The notes under the pieces were generated by a model. It did no database searches. It saw only the letters and a list, made by a program, of their open reading frames with translations, and was not told the DNA's origin. Below, piece after piece: positions 19,646-30,658 of a DNA stretch of 64,000 nt. Both the position numbers and the translations under genes were made by a program. Source of the DNA: Desulfomonilia bacterium. Its GTDB lineage: Bacteria > Desulfobacterota > Desulfomonilia > UBA1062. The number at the start of each line of letters is the position of its first letter. The stretch's first letter is position 1. The stretch spans positions 117,143-181,142 of the forward strand of contig JBEKDT010000010.1 of the NCBI GenBank assembly GCA_050014195.1, given 5' to 3'.

Positions 19646-22314
19646 TTCTTTTTCTTCTCGTCCTTCATTGCGGCATGTGCTGCTGCAATCCGGGCAATAG
19701 GCACCCGGTAGGGTGAGCAGCTCACATAGTTCATGCCGACCTTATGGCAGAACTCGATGGATGAAGGCTCTCCACCATGTTCGCCGCAGATTCCGACCTT
19801 GAGTTTCTTGCGGGTCTTCCTTCCCTTTTCGATGCCTATACGTATCAGCTCACCAACACCGTCCTGGTCAAGGGCCTGGAATGGATCTTTGGGCAGGATC
19901 TTCTTTTCGACATATGTCGGCAGGAATTTGCCGGCATCATCACGGGACAGGCCGAAGGTCGTCTGGGTCAGGTCATTCGTGCCGAATGAGAAAAACTCCG
20001 CCTGTTCGGCGATCTTATCGGCAGTTATCGCTGCCCTGGGCAGCTCGATCATGGTACCGACCATGTAGGCAAGCTTAACGCCATACGATTTTATGATCTC
20101 ATCAGCCACTTCAACAGTCATATTCCTTAAGTTTTCCAGCTCATTCACGTGGCCGACAAGCGGAATCATGATCTCGGGTTCCACATCGATCTTTTCCTTC
20201 TTCACCTCACAGGCGGCTTCAACAATAGCCCGCACCTGCATCTCGTAGATCTCGGGAAAGGTTATGCCGAGCCTGCAGCCCCGGTGGCCCAGCATGGGGT
20301 TGGCCTCATGCAGTGTTTCCCTCTTTGTCTTCACCTCATTAACCGGTGTCTTGAGGGCCTTGGCCACTTCGGCGATCTCGGCTTCGGTATTGGGCAGGAA
20401 CTCATGCAGTGGCGGATCCAACAGTCTGATTGTGACCGGCAGGCCGTCCATAACCCGGAATATCTCCTTGAAGTCGCCTTTCTGCATGGGCTTGATCTTG
20501 TCCAGGGCCTTCCGGCGGCCTTTTTCGTCATTCGCCAGGATCATCTCGCGTACCGCCAGGATCCTGTCCGCCTCAAAGAACATATGCTCGGTACGGCACA
20601 GACCGATGCCCTCGGCACCGAATTCCCTTGCGACTTTGGCATCTTTCGGGGTGTCGGCATTGGTGCGCACGCCGAGCTTGCGGTACTCATCCGACCATTT
20701 CATGAGAGTGCCGAAGGCCCCCGAGAGGGAGGGCGGAGTTGTCTTGCACTCACCGAGGATAACCTCGCCCTTGGTCCCGTCAAGCGATATGAAGTCACCC
20801 TTTTTGACGGTCTCCCCGCCAAGGGAAAATTTCTGTTTGGCATAGTCGACGATGAGGTCAGGGACACCGGAGACGCAGCACTTGCCCATACCTCGAGCAA
20901 CGACTGCCGCGTGTGAGGTCATGCCGCCCCTTGCGGTCAGGATGCCTTGTGCCACGTTCATGCCGTGGATGTCTTCCGGTGAGGTCTCTACACGAACCAG
21001 AATCACCTTCTTGCCCTTTTTCACTTCCACTTCGGCATCTTCGGCAGAGAAGACTACCCGGCCCACCGCAGCGCCGGGAGAAGCGGGCAGTCCTTTTCCG
21101 ATGATCTTCTTCTTTGCCTTGGGATCGATCTGCGGGTGAAGGAGCTGGTCGATCTGCTCAGGGGTGACCCTTAGTACCGCTTCTTTTTTAGCAATGAGAC
21201 CCTCGTTCACCATATCAACTGCAATCTGTACGGCTGCGGCTGCAGTCCGTTTTCCCGTGCGGGTCTGGAGCATCCAGAGGTTTCCTTCCTGAACGGTGAA
21301 TTCGATGTCCTGCATGTCCCGGTAATGCTTTTCCAGATTCTCATAGATATCCACGAGCTGGTCGTATTGCTCAGACAGGGCCTCTTCCATGGACACGTCC
21401 GACTTGCTCCTTTTTCCCTTGATGTTAATGGGTTGGGGCGTACGGATACCTGCTACCACGTCCTCGCCCTGGGCGTTCTTTAAATACTCCCCGTAGAAGA
21501 CATGCTCACCGGTGGCTGGGTCACGCGTGAATGCCACACCCGTTGCAGACCCCTCACCCATGTTGCCGAAAACCATGGCCTGTACATTTACTGCGGTGCC
21601 CCATTCATCCGGAATGCTGTTGAGCTTCCGGTAGGTAATGGCGCGCGGCGTGTTCCACGACTTGAATACCGCTTCGATCCCGCCCCAAATCTGCTCCATG
21701 GGGTCGGATGGCAGGTCTATACCGGTAAGCTTCTTCACCTTTTCCTTCAGCGTTGCAACAAGCCTCTTCAGGTCTTTGTCATCGAGGTCGGTATCGAGTT
21801 TGACCCCCTTTTTCTTCTTCATCTTCTCAAGCTCTTCCTCGAGCTCGTCGGAATCAGCACCCATAACCACGTCTGCATACATCTGGATGAAGCGCCGGTA
21901 GCAATCCCATGCAAAGCGTTCATTGCCGCTCATCTTAATAAGGCCGTGCACGGTTTCCTCGTTGATCCCGAGGTTAAGCACCGTGTCCATCATGCCGGGC
22001 ATGGATGCCCGTGCGCCTGAGCGAACGGAAAAGAGCAGCGGTGCCTCAGGATCACCAAAGCCCAGCCCCATCGCCCTTTCCACTTTTTTGATAGCCTCTT
22101 TCACCTGAACTTTTAAGTCTTTCGGCAACCCGTGTGTGTCATAATACACGGTGCACATCTCGGTAGAGATGGTGAATCCCGGCGGCACCGGTATCCCCAG
22201 ATTGGTCATTTCAGCGAGATTGGCCCCTTTTCCTCCCAGGATGGCCTTCATGTCTGCATTGCCCTCAGCCTTGGTTCCCCTGCCTCCAAAGAGATACACA
22301 TACTTTTTTGCCAT
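19642..22314 (-). CDS. ppdK: Pyruvate, phosphate dikinase
   Basis: LGGKGANLAEM, RGGMTSHAAVVARG, GICGEHGG; start MAKKYVY at 22314. Confidence 0.97.
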   Translation of the reverse strand: MAKKYVYLFGGRGTKAEGNADMKAILGGKGANLAEMTNLGIPVPPGFTISTEMCTVYYDTHGLPKDLKVQVKEAIKKVERAMGLGFGDPEAPLLFSVRSGARASMPGMMDTVLNLGINEETVHGLIKMSGNERFAWDCYRRFIQMYADVVMGADSDELEEELEKMKKKKGVKLDTDLDDKDLKRLVATLKEKVKKLTGIDLPSDPMEQIWGGIEAVFKSWNTPRAITYRKLNSIPDEWGTAVNVQAMVFGNMGEGSATGVAFTRDPATGEHVFYGEYLKNAQGEDVVAGIRTPQPINIKGKRSKSDVSMEEALSEQYDQLVDIYENLEKHYRDMQDIEFTVQEGNLWMLQTRTGKRTAAAAVQIAVDMVNEGLIAKKEAVLRVTPEQIDQLLHPQIDPKAKKKIIGKGLPASPGAAVGRVVFSAEDAEVEVKKGKKVILVRVETSPEDIHGMNVAQGILTARGGMTSHAAVVARGMGKCCVSGVPDLIVDYAKQKFSLGGETVKKGDFISLDGTKGEVILGECKTTPPSLSGAFGTLMKWSDEYRKLGVRTNADTPKDAKVAREFGAEGIGLCRTEHMFFEADRILAVREMILANDEKGRRKALDKIKPMQKGDFKEIFRVMDGLPVTIRLLDPPLHEFLPNTEAEIAEVAKALKTPVNEVKTKRETLHEANPMLGHRGCRLGITFPEIYEMQVRAIVEAACEVKKEKIDVEPEIMIPLVGHVNELENLRNMTVEVADEIIKSYGVKLAYMVGTMIELPRAAITADKIAEQAEFFSFGTNDLTQTTFGLSRDDAGKFLPTYVEKKILPKDPFQALDQDGVGELIRIGIEKGRKTRKKLKVGICGEHGGEPSSIEFCHKVGMNYVSCSPYRVPIARIAAAHAAMKDEKKKK

Positions 22315-22502
22315 GAGAAGTCTCCCTCTTGTCAGATACTGATACTCGGTTGGAACGTGCAAACGATAGTATAAATGCGGAGTTCTGTTCAAGAGAAAAA
22401 TGGCATACAAGGCTTCTTTACAAGGCCTGGATTCATGTATGAAGAGGGAGGAGCAATGCTGGTGTTATTGGCGTACTAAGGCAGCAGATCCAATGGGAAA
22501 TT

Positions 22503-23843
22503 TCACTGATTTCTGCCCAGTATTGACCTCGCCGCAATGATGCCCGAACAGCTCGCCTGGATGAGGCCCCTGGTTATACCGGCACCGTCTCCTATAATAT
22601 AAAGTCCATTGATCCGGGACATGAGGCTTCTGTCAAGCCGGATCCTGTTGGAATAGAACTTGACCTCAATGCCGTAGAGCAAGGTATGGGCGGAGTTGAC
22701 ACCCGGAGCCATACGGTCCAGACTCGAGAGCATCTCAACGAGATCGGTTAATATCCGATAGGGAAGACAATAGCTCAGGTCGCCGGGGGTTGCCTGTTTC
22801 AGGGTCGGCCGTGTGGAGCATTTCTGAAGTCTGTCATGGGTGGTTCGCCTTCCGCTGAGGAGGTCCCCGAGCCTCTGTACAATAACGCCCTTGCCGAGCA
22901 TATTGGCGAGTTTGGCCACCGACTCACCATAGCCTATCGGGTCATCAAACGGTTCGGTAAAATCGGCGCTTACCAGCAAGGCAAAGTTGGTGTTTTCCGT
23001 GCGCTTTTTCGCCCAGGAGTGGCCGTTTACCGTTACAATGTCGCCCAGGGTTTCGATGACGACTTCACCATAGGGGTTCATGCAGAATGTCCTAACTTTA
23101 TCGTCAAAGGTGCGTGAGTAGTAGATGAATTTGGTTTCATAGGCCTTGCAGGTAAGATGCTCCATGATCACCGAAGGCAGTTCCACACGCACTCCCAGGT
23201 CAACAGGATTCGGATGTGTCTCGATGCCCATGGATTTTGCCTGATGCGACATCCAGGAAGATCCCACCCTGCCGGGGGCAGCAATAACATTGGGAGCATG
23301 AATGATCGTTCCATCAAAAAGCCGTACTCCCCTCACCTGGTCTCCCTCATAAAGTATCTCTTGGACATGCGTGTTGAATCTCATATCCATCTTGCCTTCA
23401 AAATCTTGCCTGAGTTTTTCGAGCGTGATCAGGAGGTTTTCAGTGCCGATGTGCCTGATTCTGGTAGGCACATATACCAGGCCTGCGAGCCTGGCCTTGG
23501 AAGATATGGTTTCGGCATCATCACTATCTACGATAAAAAGATCGCCTGAAGGTGCATATTTCGTATATAATGTATCCACATACTCAAGCAGCCTGAGTAG
23601 CTCATCATCGGTAATCAGGCTCGATAGCTGGCCCCCGACATCGGTAGAGATCGTGAGTTTCCCGTCGCTGTAGGCACCTGCCCCACCCCAGCCGATAAGC
23701 ATTTCTTTGCCGGTTCTCGACCGTATGTTGATATCGTTGCCCTGCTCAATAATGACAATCTTTAAACCGGGATCTTTACTGATGAGTTCGAGTGCTGCAA
23801 ATATTCCTGCAGGTCCGGCACCGACAATGACTACATCAACCAT
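22503..23843 (-). CDS. NAD(P)/FAD-dependent oxidoreductase
   Basis: GAGPAG, GGAGAYSDGKL, RTFCMNP, GDGAGITRG. Confidence 0.85.
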   Translation of the reverse strand: MVDVVIVGAGPAGIFAALELISKDPGLKIVIIEQGNDINIRSRTGKEMLIGWGGAGAYSDGKLTISTDVGGQLSSLITDDELLRLLEYVDTLYTKYAPSGDLFIVDSDDAETISSKARLAGLVYVPTRIRHIGTENLLITLEKLRQDFEGKMDMRFNTHVQEILYEGDQVRGVRLFDGTIIHAPNVIAAPGRVGSSWMSHQAKSMGIETHPNPVDLGVRVELPSVIMEHLTCKAYETKFIYYSRTFDDKVRTFCMNPYGEVVIETLGDIVTVNGHSWAKKRTENTNFALLVSADFTEPFDDPIGYGESVAKLANMLGKGVIVQRLGDLLSGRRTTHDRLQKCSTRPTLKQATPGDLSYCLPYRILTDLVEMLSSLDRMAPGVNSAHTLLYGIEVKFYSNRIRLDRSLMSRINGLYIIGDGAGITRGLIQASCSGIIAARSILGRNQ

Positions 23844-24918
23844 AGGTCTTTCTCCTCATTCCCATGAAAATAATACCCGCACACATCATGACTATATCGG
23901 TCGACCAGGCAGCTAATGCAGGGTTTATGTACCCGGCCATGCCGGCACCGGTCATGGCAGAGTGCATTGCCCAGTAAAAGAGCCCGAGGATGATACCGAT
24001 GGAAATACCGCGAGCGATTCCGCCCGCCCTCGGAAACCTCAATCCGAACGGCATCACGAGCATGGTCATGATGAACGGCGCCAGAGTGAAGCTGATACGG
24101 CTGTGGAACTGAGTTTCCAGGCTCACTGATTTGATTCCGTCTTTCCTCAAGTGCTTTCGATAATCGATCAATTCTCTGAGCGTCAGGACATCCGGCTTCG
24201 GCTCTGCCATTATGAGTGAGGTTGGTTCATGGGTGAGAGGCAAAGGCGATGCGGACTGTGCAAAGACAATCCCGGCGGTTGACATGCTTATGGTCTCCAA
24301 CCGGGAAGTCTTCCATTGCTTTCCATTCCAGATGGCCGCTTCTGATCTGAGGATGGCAAAGAGCTTGCCTGATTTGATTCGATAGCAGGTGACGTTATGC
24401 ATAATACCTTTTAATATATCCATGTGCTCCACATAATAAATATCATTCCCTACTTTAAACCTCCCGCCGCTTACGGAAAATGATCCGGTTATGTCATGCT
24501 TTTTAATGTAGATGTCCTCTATTTTGTCTGCATGTTGCTGGGATTCTGGATACAGGGTGAAGGAAAGGAAAGACATGACGAACATTGCCAACAGCCCTAC
24601 CGTGAGATATGGCAAAGATAGTCTTACGAATGAGACTGAGCACGCCTGCATGGCAATGGTCTCCACATGGCGGGAAAACTGCGCCTGGGCGGCGATGATG
24701 CCGACGCATACGGAAAATGGCAGGACCCAGTACACCATCTGGGGCAAAGAGAAGAAAAGAAATTGCGCGATTATGGATCCATTCGTACTGTGTTCGGTAA
24801 ATGAATTGAGATTCCCGAAAAGAATAGAGATAAAGACAAGCAGCGTCAGGCTCAAACATGCAGCAGCACACATGAATAACGCCTTTTTTAAGATATATTT
24901 ATAAAGTGTTTCCGTAAT
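23836..24918 (-). CDS. lptG: LPS export permease LptG
   Basis: LptF/G topology, ETIAMQACSVS; downstream of lptF; frame open to ATT at 24918, first ATG at 24873. Confidence 0.8.
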   Translation of the reverse strand: MTETLYKYILKKALFMCAAACLSLTLLVFISILFGNLNSFTEHSTNGSIIAQFLFFSLPQMVYWVLPFSVCVGIIAAQAQFSRHVETIAMQACSVSFVRLSLPYLTVGLLAMFVMSFLSFTLYPESQQHADKIEDIYIKKHDITGSFSVSGGRFKVGNDIYYVEHMDILKGIMHNVTCYRIKSGKLFAILRSEAAIWNGKQWKTSRLETISMSTAGIVFAQSASPLPLTHEPTSLIMAEPKPDVLTLRELIDYRKHLRKDGIKSVSLETQFHSRISFTLAPFIMTMLVMPFGLRFPRAGGIARGISIGIILGLFYWAMHSAMTGAGMAGYINPALAAWSTDIVMMCAGIIFMGMRRKTYG

Positions 24919-25973
24919 CAGGTGCCTCCCTCGCTGAATCGCAGTTTTTTTACAACAAATACTGCGCAGAGCATTATACTGAAAATCATATCAGGAAACC
25001 ACGCCCCGAGCATAGGGTCCATGATTCCGCCCTTGACCATCCGATCTGCCAGTGTAAACAGGAAATAATAACCGACAATCGTGCCCAGTCCGATTATGAA
25101 ACCTGTGAATCTGGGTGATCGAGGCCTGACAATCCCAAAACTGATTCCCACTAATCCCAAGATCAGGTTCAGTATGGGAAATGCAAAACGATTATAGTAC
25201 TCCTTTATATTCTTCGGTGATGGGTCTTCTTTGATGAGTTTCCTGAATTCATCCTGTGTGGTTGTTTCGAATGATTTAATTCGAAGTTCACCTGAAAAAT
25301 CGACTTCCAAAAAAAACCTGTATTCGTCAAAGGTGAGATAACGGTCAGAGAGCTTGGTGTTCGTGAAAAGACTCCCTTTTTTCAATTTCATGACGATTAA
25401 GTTCTTATTTACTTCGATGGTCCCATTCTCTGCGGCAATAACCGACCTCTCTTCACCGGATGTTTCTATAAAAATATTCTTGAGCTCTTTTTTTTGCGGG
25501 TTTACGGATTCCACATATACAATGAGGCCTTTGAAGGAATCGTCAAACTCGCGTTCTTTGAGAAAGGAAAATATTTTCTGGGAAGCACTTTGTATGAGAC
25601 GTGTCTGGACTGTCTTCATTGCAACCGGTCCGAGGTTGGTTGATATGATCAGGTGGGCCATCATCGCACAGATCGATAAAAGGATGACCGGTGCATATAT
25701 GGTGTATGAACGGACACCGCATGCCTTCATTGCTATGATCTCAGATTCTACGGATAACCTCTCAAAAACCAGCAAGATACTGAAAAGAAGCCCCATGGGA
25801 ATAACAAATGAAGACAGGGGGACCATTGCCAGCAGGAGTATGTCGATATCTCCTATCGTAAGGGCCATGCCGAAGCTGACCCACTGGACGATAAGCATTA
25901 CGCCGTACAAGACAGCCAGCGTGCCACCAAAGACCTCGATCAGGTATAGAAAGATGTAGCGCTCAATCCTCAT
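24918..25973 (-). CDS. lptF: LPS export permease LptF
   Basis: MRIERYI, RLSVESEIIAMKACG, TM-periplasmic-TM layout. Confidence 0.82.
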   Translation of the reverse strand: MRIERYIFLYLIEVFGGTLAVLYGVMLIVQWVSFGMALTIGDIDILLLAMVPLSSFVIPMGLLFSILLVFERLSVESEIIAMKACGVRSYTIYAPVILLSICAMMAHLIISTNLGPVAMKTVQTRLIQSASQKIFSFLKEREFDDSFKGLIVYVESVNPQKKELKNIFIETSGEERSVIAAENGTIEVNKNLIVMKLKKGSLFTNTKLSDRYLTFDEYRFFLEVDFSGELRIKSFETTTQDEFRKLIKEDPSPKNIKEYYNRFAFPILNLILGLVGISFGIVRPRSPRFTGFIIGLGTIVGYYFLFTLADRMVKGGIMDPMLGAWFPDMIFSIMLCAVFVVKKLRFSEGGT

Positions 25974-26079
25974 ATCGTATTGGAATTATAAGCATGGATG
26001 GTCTTGCTTGTCCACATAAGCGGCACAATAACACGCGCATAAGGGGCCCAGATGATTGACACTGTGAAGATAAACTTGT

Positions 26080-26892
26080 ATGCTATCTGCACAAATGAAG
26101 AGAATATTTAGCTTTTTTCTTCTTATCCCCCTGATTTATCTTATAGGCGGATGCGCACACCCCTCTATCCAGGAGGAAAATAAGGCCCTTCAATCCGAAC
26201 TGAATGCCTGCAAGACTCAGTATGAAACGTGCCAGACGGAGAAGACACGTCTGGGCAACGACCTTGACGAAACCCGTAAAAAACTTGAAAAGACATCATC
26301 TGATATCACTTCAGGCTATTCGGATAAACAGGATCTTCTCGATAAAAACATCGACTGCCTGGAGGAGAACAAAAACCTCCTCAAACAGATCTCGCGGTTT
26401 AAGGTCTTAATCCAGGAACGAAAGGATACCCAATGGAGGCTGAACAATGCAAATGATTATCTTATGAACTTTCTGGCAACCGAGCGCATGAACGACCAGC
26501 TCTATATAGTTAAGGGTGAGGATACCGTAAAGATTATCATACCACAGCGGGTACTCTTTCCTGCACCGTTCAGTGCCTGGTTGATACCCAAGGGAACGAC
26601 CCTTATTAAAAAGATTGCAAAAGGCTTGGATAAACTGAAACCCTTGTATGTAGAGGTCGCTGGGCATACCGATGATAGTTCCATACCAAAGCAGGTACAG
26701 AAGGTTTACCCCACACAATGGGATCTCTCCCATGCCCGGGCAGTATCAGTCCTGTTGATGTTTGAAGGCCTGGGAATTAAAAAAGACAAGCTTTCGGTTA
26801 TATCATACGGTGACACCAGGCCCATCGCCGATTCCACTTCAGAAGAAGGCAGGGCCATGAACAGGAGGGTGGAGATTGTTATAACACCGTGA
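26080..26892 (+). CDS. OmpA/MotB-family lipoprotein with coiled coil
   Basis: Lipobox IGGC; VAGHTDD, WDLSHARA, NRRVEI. Confidence 0.85.
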   Translation: MLSAQMKRIFSFFLLIPLIYLIGGCAHPSIQEENKALQSELNACKTQYETCQTEKTRLGNDLDETRKKLEKTSSDITSGYSDKQDLLDKNIDCLEENKNLLKQISRFKVLIQERKDTQWRLNNANDYLMNFLATERMNDQLYIVKGEDTVKIIIPQRVLFPAPFSAWLIPKGTTLIKKIAKGLDKLKPLYVEVAGHTDDSSIPKQVQKVYPTQWDLSHARAVSVLLMFEGLGIKKDKLSVISYGDTRPIADSTSEEGRAMNRRVEIVITP

Positions 26893-26945
26893 TCAATGAC
26901 CTATTCAGCCGCTTTTTCTCATCACTGGTCACTGATCACTGATCA
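26889..26945. repeat. Inverted 7-bp arrays between convergent stop codons
   Basis: Left CGTGATC AATGACC; right ATCACTG GTCACTG ATCACTG ATCA; both stops lie in the repeats. Confidence 0.7.
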
Positions 26946-28811
26946 TCTCCGTGGCAAGCCCTTTATCCTCTCGATTATCTCTTTCGTATGGGTCTGAATA
27001 TCGATCCTGTCTTCACGGAATCTCCAGGCAAGGTAGTGTTCCAGGTAGTCTCTGAATTCTCCCTCGAGTGAGGGCCATTTCTCTTTCACAAAGGTAACAT
27101 GGCATTCATGTGAGCTGTTTTCCGGTAGGTTCAATCCTTTGCGGCTCATTGCCTTGCGGACTTTGTCATATGGAGGAAGTGATCTGTCTTTATACAAGAG
27201 ATAAAAGAGCCAGAGGAGCAACCCTGATATGAACAGGTAGAGGGCATAAGATGAAATATTTTCTATCTGTTTGTTGATCCGTGGTGCGGCTACAAAGATC
27301 TTTAATACAAACCGGATCTGGTCGTTGAGGGAATATTGGATAACCCATCTGAGCCATCGAAACCGGAGCTCATCTAAAATATGCAACGGTAAGCCGGAGA
27401 TCTGACGTCCGTATGGAGTTGCATCGATTGAATGCCAGACACCGTCCCAGTACTCTACCCATGCATGGGCGTCTGATGCCCGGACGATAAAATAATTACC
27501 GCTGTCATTATATTCCGTCACTAAAAACCCTGTAACGACACGGGCGGGTATCCCACAACCTCGAATCATTGCAGCAAGGGCAGAGGCAAAATGTTCACAA
27601 CTTCCCTTCCTGCCGGTGAACACAAACCAAGCTATAGCTGATTTTCCTGGGGGTATGTGCTGACTTTCCAGAGAATATGAATAAGCTGACCGGAGGTAAC
27701 CAACAATGCGCTTCGTCTTTGTCGCGATATCACCTTGCTTTGCCACCTGTTTTCCAAGGTTACCTACCATCAGAAGTTCTTTGGGGAGATCGATCTTGCA
27801 CGGGATACCAGGGTCAGCTCGGCGGTTCACCCTCACATCGTAAACATAGGGCACTTCACCGGTCCAATAGATGTTTGAGCCCCGCACATCTCTGTTATTT
27901 GGAAAGACATCCTTGAACCAATAGGGGAAAAAGACATCTTTCGAATACAATGAGGCCGGATAGATCTTCAGGCTGTCGGTAAACCCATCCGAGGTGATCG
28001 GGGCTGAACCTTGGAATTCATCTTTAGAGAATCCGTCGGGAGATATCCCTTCAAGTCTGGATCCGGATAAATAAAAATGAGATGGGGGTTTGCCTGAAGT
28101 CCATATGATTCTCATCATGATATCATTGTCTGTTTTATCGTAAAGTATCTTTTTCAGATCTACATCTTCGCTATAATTGACTGTGTTGCGTTGGATGAAA
28201 CTATGTTGAATGATCGATGAAGTGGGCCTTGGCAGCACATAAAAGAGGAGGCAGGATGTGAGGATGATACCAACCGTGATCCGGATCCAGTGGAAGAGTC
28301 CATGATTATGGGATATCTCTGAAGAAGAGTATTCATTTGCATCGAGGGCATTGAGCGTCATAGGTACGAGGATAACCATAAATAAAAGTCCGACAAGAAA
28401 CAGGGGACTTATGGTGAAGATGGTGGCAAGCAAGCATTGTGCAAATGATATTCCTATGATCTGATAGATCTCGCGCGGCGTTTTTTTCATGACCAATCTG
28501 ACGAATGCGAGTGTAAGGATCATGTCCCTGACCAGAATGACGACTGCAGCACTCCCACGGTAAGATACACCGAGCACTTCAAAGAACATTATAGTAAGAA
28601 AAATGGCGATGGCCGTTTTCTGAGAGATGAGCTCTGAATCATAAAACCACTTCCCTATAACAGCGTGAACCGCAGCAAACAGAAGAAACGCACTCCAGGG
28701 CAGGAGATCTGAAAGGCTCATGCAGAGGATCCCTGCCAAAGAGGTGCCGAGCGTGAGAAGCTTGAGCATGTCAGATGTAGATAATCTGCGCATCGATCTC
28801 GGTGTCCTCAA
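26943..28811 (-). CDS. Membrane transglutaminase-like protein (TgpA/DUF3488 type)
   Basis: GSCEHFA, GIPARVVTGF, HAWVE, DAT; true start may be 28769. Confidence 0.88.
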   Translation of the reverse strand: MRTPRSMRRLSTSDMLKLLTLGTSLAGILCMSLSDLLPWSAFLLFAAVHAVIGKWFYDSELISQKTAIAIFLTIMFFEVLGVSYRGSAAVVILVRDMILTLAFVRLVMKKTPREIYQIIGISFAQCLLATIFTISPLFLVGLLFMVILVPMTLNALDANEYSSSEISHNHGLFHWIRITVGIILTSCLLFYVLPRPTSSIIQHSFIQRNTVNYSEDVDLKKILYDKTDNDIMMRIIWTSGKPPSHFYLSGSRLEGISPDGFSKDEFQGSAPITSDGFTDSLKIYPASLYSKDVFFPYWFKDVFPNNRDVRGSNIYWTGEVPYVYDVRVNRRADPGIPCKIDLPKELLMVGNLGKQVAKQGDIATKTKRIVGYLRSAYSYSLESQHIPPGKSAIAWFVFTGRKGSCEHFASALAAMIRGCGIPARVVTGFLVTEYNDSGNYFIVRASDAHAWVEYWDGVWHSIDATPYGRQISGLPLHILDELRFRWLRWVIQYSLNDQIRFVLKIFVAAPRINKQIENISSYALYLFISGLLLWLFYLLYKDRSLPPYDKVRKAMSRKGLNLPENSSHECHVTFVKEKWPSLEGEFRDYLEHYLAWRFREDRIDIQTHTKEIIERIKGLPRR

Positions 28812-29697
28812 GAATGGGCTTTAAGATGTTTTCAGCCAAAGCCAGCTGCTCTAGAATACTTATCTTATGTAACCGGGAAAAGGAGATTCCACTGTAATAC
28901 CCGTTCAATGCCAACCCGAAGGGCCGACCCATTCTGTGGAGTTCGGATATAATATAGGCAGCCCATGAGAATTTCTGTTCGACATCTAATCCCGGCATCA
29001 GAACTACTACGCCGCTCATACCGGAGCCTCCCTCGAAGACTCTGGATATGAGCCCTTGGTTCTGCTTCTTCCATACGACCGCGGATAGAGGATCTCCAGG
29101 CACGTATGGCCTGACGTGAGAGACGGAATCCCTCATCTTTCCTCCACCTGTATCATGAGTACCAAATGTGAGCGAAGGGTTAAAAGCCAGGGGTTCGGGA
29201 AAGACAAGAATATCATGAACCAGGGAAAAGGAGATGGATTTTTCGAAAAGGCCATAGGGGTATGTAGTCGCGATCACTATAGTCCCAAGATGGACTCTGC
29301 CCCTTTTCGGAAAGGTTTGGTCCGCGTGCAACAGCTCTGTTTGCTGACGCTGGAGCCGTGGAATCTTTATCTGTGATATGTCCTTGAGAATAAGACGCTC
29401 TGAACTGTTTCTCGTGTTTCTGAGGAGGTAACCTATTCTGGCGGACCTGCCGGCATAAATCTCGGCAGGAAGAACCCTGTCGAGTTCAAGATAGCGCAGG
29501 TTCAGTTCCGATTCTATGCCTGAAACAATCATAAATGCCAAGATGCCGGCGAGCATAAGGTAGAGGAGATTGTTCCCTGTTGCCATGGAAATGACGATGA
29601 TGCAGAAAAGAAAAACAAAGAAGATCTTCCCGGCCTTTGTCAGCTTGAAACCCCGAGGGGGCTTTAGATATTTATAGAGGGAGCTTAACCTCATCAA
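28771..29697 (-). CDS. DUF58 domain protein
   Basis: TGNNLLYL, YPYGLF, RPYVPGDPLSAVVWK; between MoxR and transglutaminase. Confidence 0.85.
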   Translation of the reverse strand: MMRLSSLYKYLKPPRGFKLTKAGKIFFVFLFCIIVISMATGNNLLYLMLAGILAFMIVSGIESELNLRYLELDRVLPAEIYAGRSARIGYLLRNTRNSSERLILKDISQIKIPRLQRQQTELLHADQTFPKRGRVHLGTIVIATTYPYGLFEKSISFSLVHDILVFPEPLAFNPSLTFGTHDTGGGKMRDSVSHVRPYVPGDPLSAVVWKKQNQGLISRVFEGGSGMSGVVVLMPGLDVEQKFSWAAYIISELHRMGRPFGLALNGYYSGISFSRLHKISILEQLALAENILKPILEDTEIDAQIIYI

Positions 29698-30586
29698 GAA
29701 CCGCCTCTACAATGCTGCCGGGAGCACCGTTTTTCGCTATGATCCGGTGCTCGAGAACATACGGTGCAATGCTCCTGACATCCCCGGGCGTAACAAAATC
29801 CCTGTTGCTTATGAAGGCCCATGCCTGCGAAGCCCTTTTCAAGGCCAGACCTCCCCTGGGCGAGACACCGAGTTCAACATGAGGATGTATCCTCGTGGCC
29901 CGCACGATATTCGTTATATAAGAGAGAATGTCATTATGGACCGTCACCTTTGAAGTGGCTTCAATCAATCCGAGTATGTCCTGACGGTCCATGATGGGGC
30001 TCAGTTTTAAGGCATCTGCGTGGTCGATGTCTTTCCTAAGGATTTCAGTCTCCTCTTCCAGTGGCGGATATCCGACATTTGCCTTGATTAGAAACCTGTC
30101 AAGCTGACTTTCCGGCAAAGGGAATGTTCCCGCTATTTCGGCTGGATTCTGGGTGGCTATCACCATAAACGGCTCAGGTAATTTATAGGTGATCCCGTCA
30201 ATAGTGACCTGGGACTCTTCCATTGCCTCCAACAATGCTGACTGTGTCTTGGGTGATGTCCTATTGATTTCATCCGCGAGTACAATACTCGCAAATATCG
30301 GGCCCTTTACCATATCGAAAGTAGCGGAACCGGTTCTGAAGGTATGGAAACCCGTAACATCGGACGGAAGCATGTCATTGGTGAACTGGATACGTTTGAA
30401 GTTCAGGTGGAGGAGCTGGGCAAGAGAGATCGCGATGAGAGTCTTCCCCACCCCCGGCACCCCCTCCAGGAGTACATGCCCTCCGGATAAGAGACCGCAA
30501 AGGACGCATTTAAGAACATTGTCCTGGCCCAGATAGACTTCATGCATTTTCAGGATGATCTCTCGGATATGTGAATGATTGTCCAT
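29672..30586 (-). CDS. MoxR-family AAA+ ATPase
   Basis: LLEGVPGVGKT, RIQFT, DEINR, IATQNP, LPESQLDRF. Confidence 0.93.
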   Translation of the reverse strand: MDNHSHIREIILKMHEVYLGQDNVLKCVLCGLLSGGHVLLEGVPGVGKTLIAISLAQLLHLNFKRIQFTNDMLPSDVTGFHTFRTGSATFDMVKGPIFASIVLADEINRTSPKTQSALLEAMEESQVTIDGITYKLPEPFMVIATQNPAEIAGTFPLPESQLDRFLIKANVGYPPLEEETEILRKDIDHADALKLSPIMDRQDILGLIEATSKVTVHNDILSYITNIVRATRIHPHVELGVSPRGGLALKRASQAWAFISNRDFVTPGDVRSIAPYVLEHRIIAKNGAPGSIVEAVLDEVKLPL

Positions 30587-30658
30587 ATGATGCCCAAAGA
30601 CCCCATGGGTCTTTATGGGCTTGTAACACAACTCATGATGAATCTAACAGGACATTAT

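Noticed and set aside
26943-30586. MoxR-DUF58-transglutaminase cluster as a novel system
   Set aside because: A widespread, already described gene trio.
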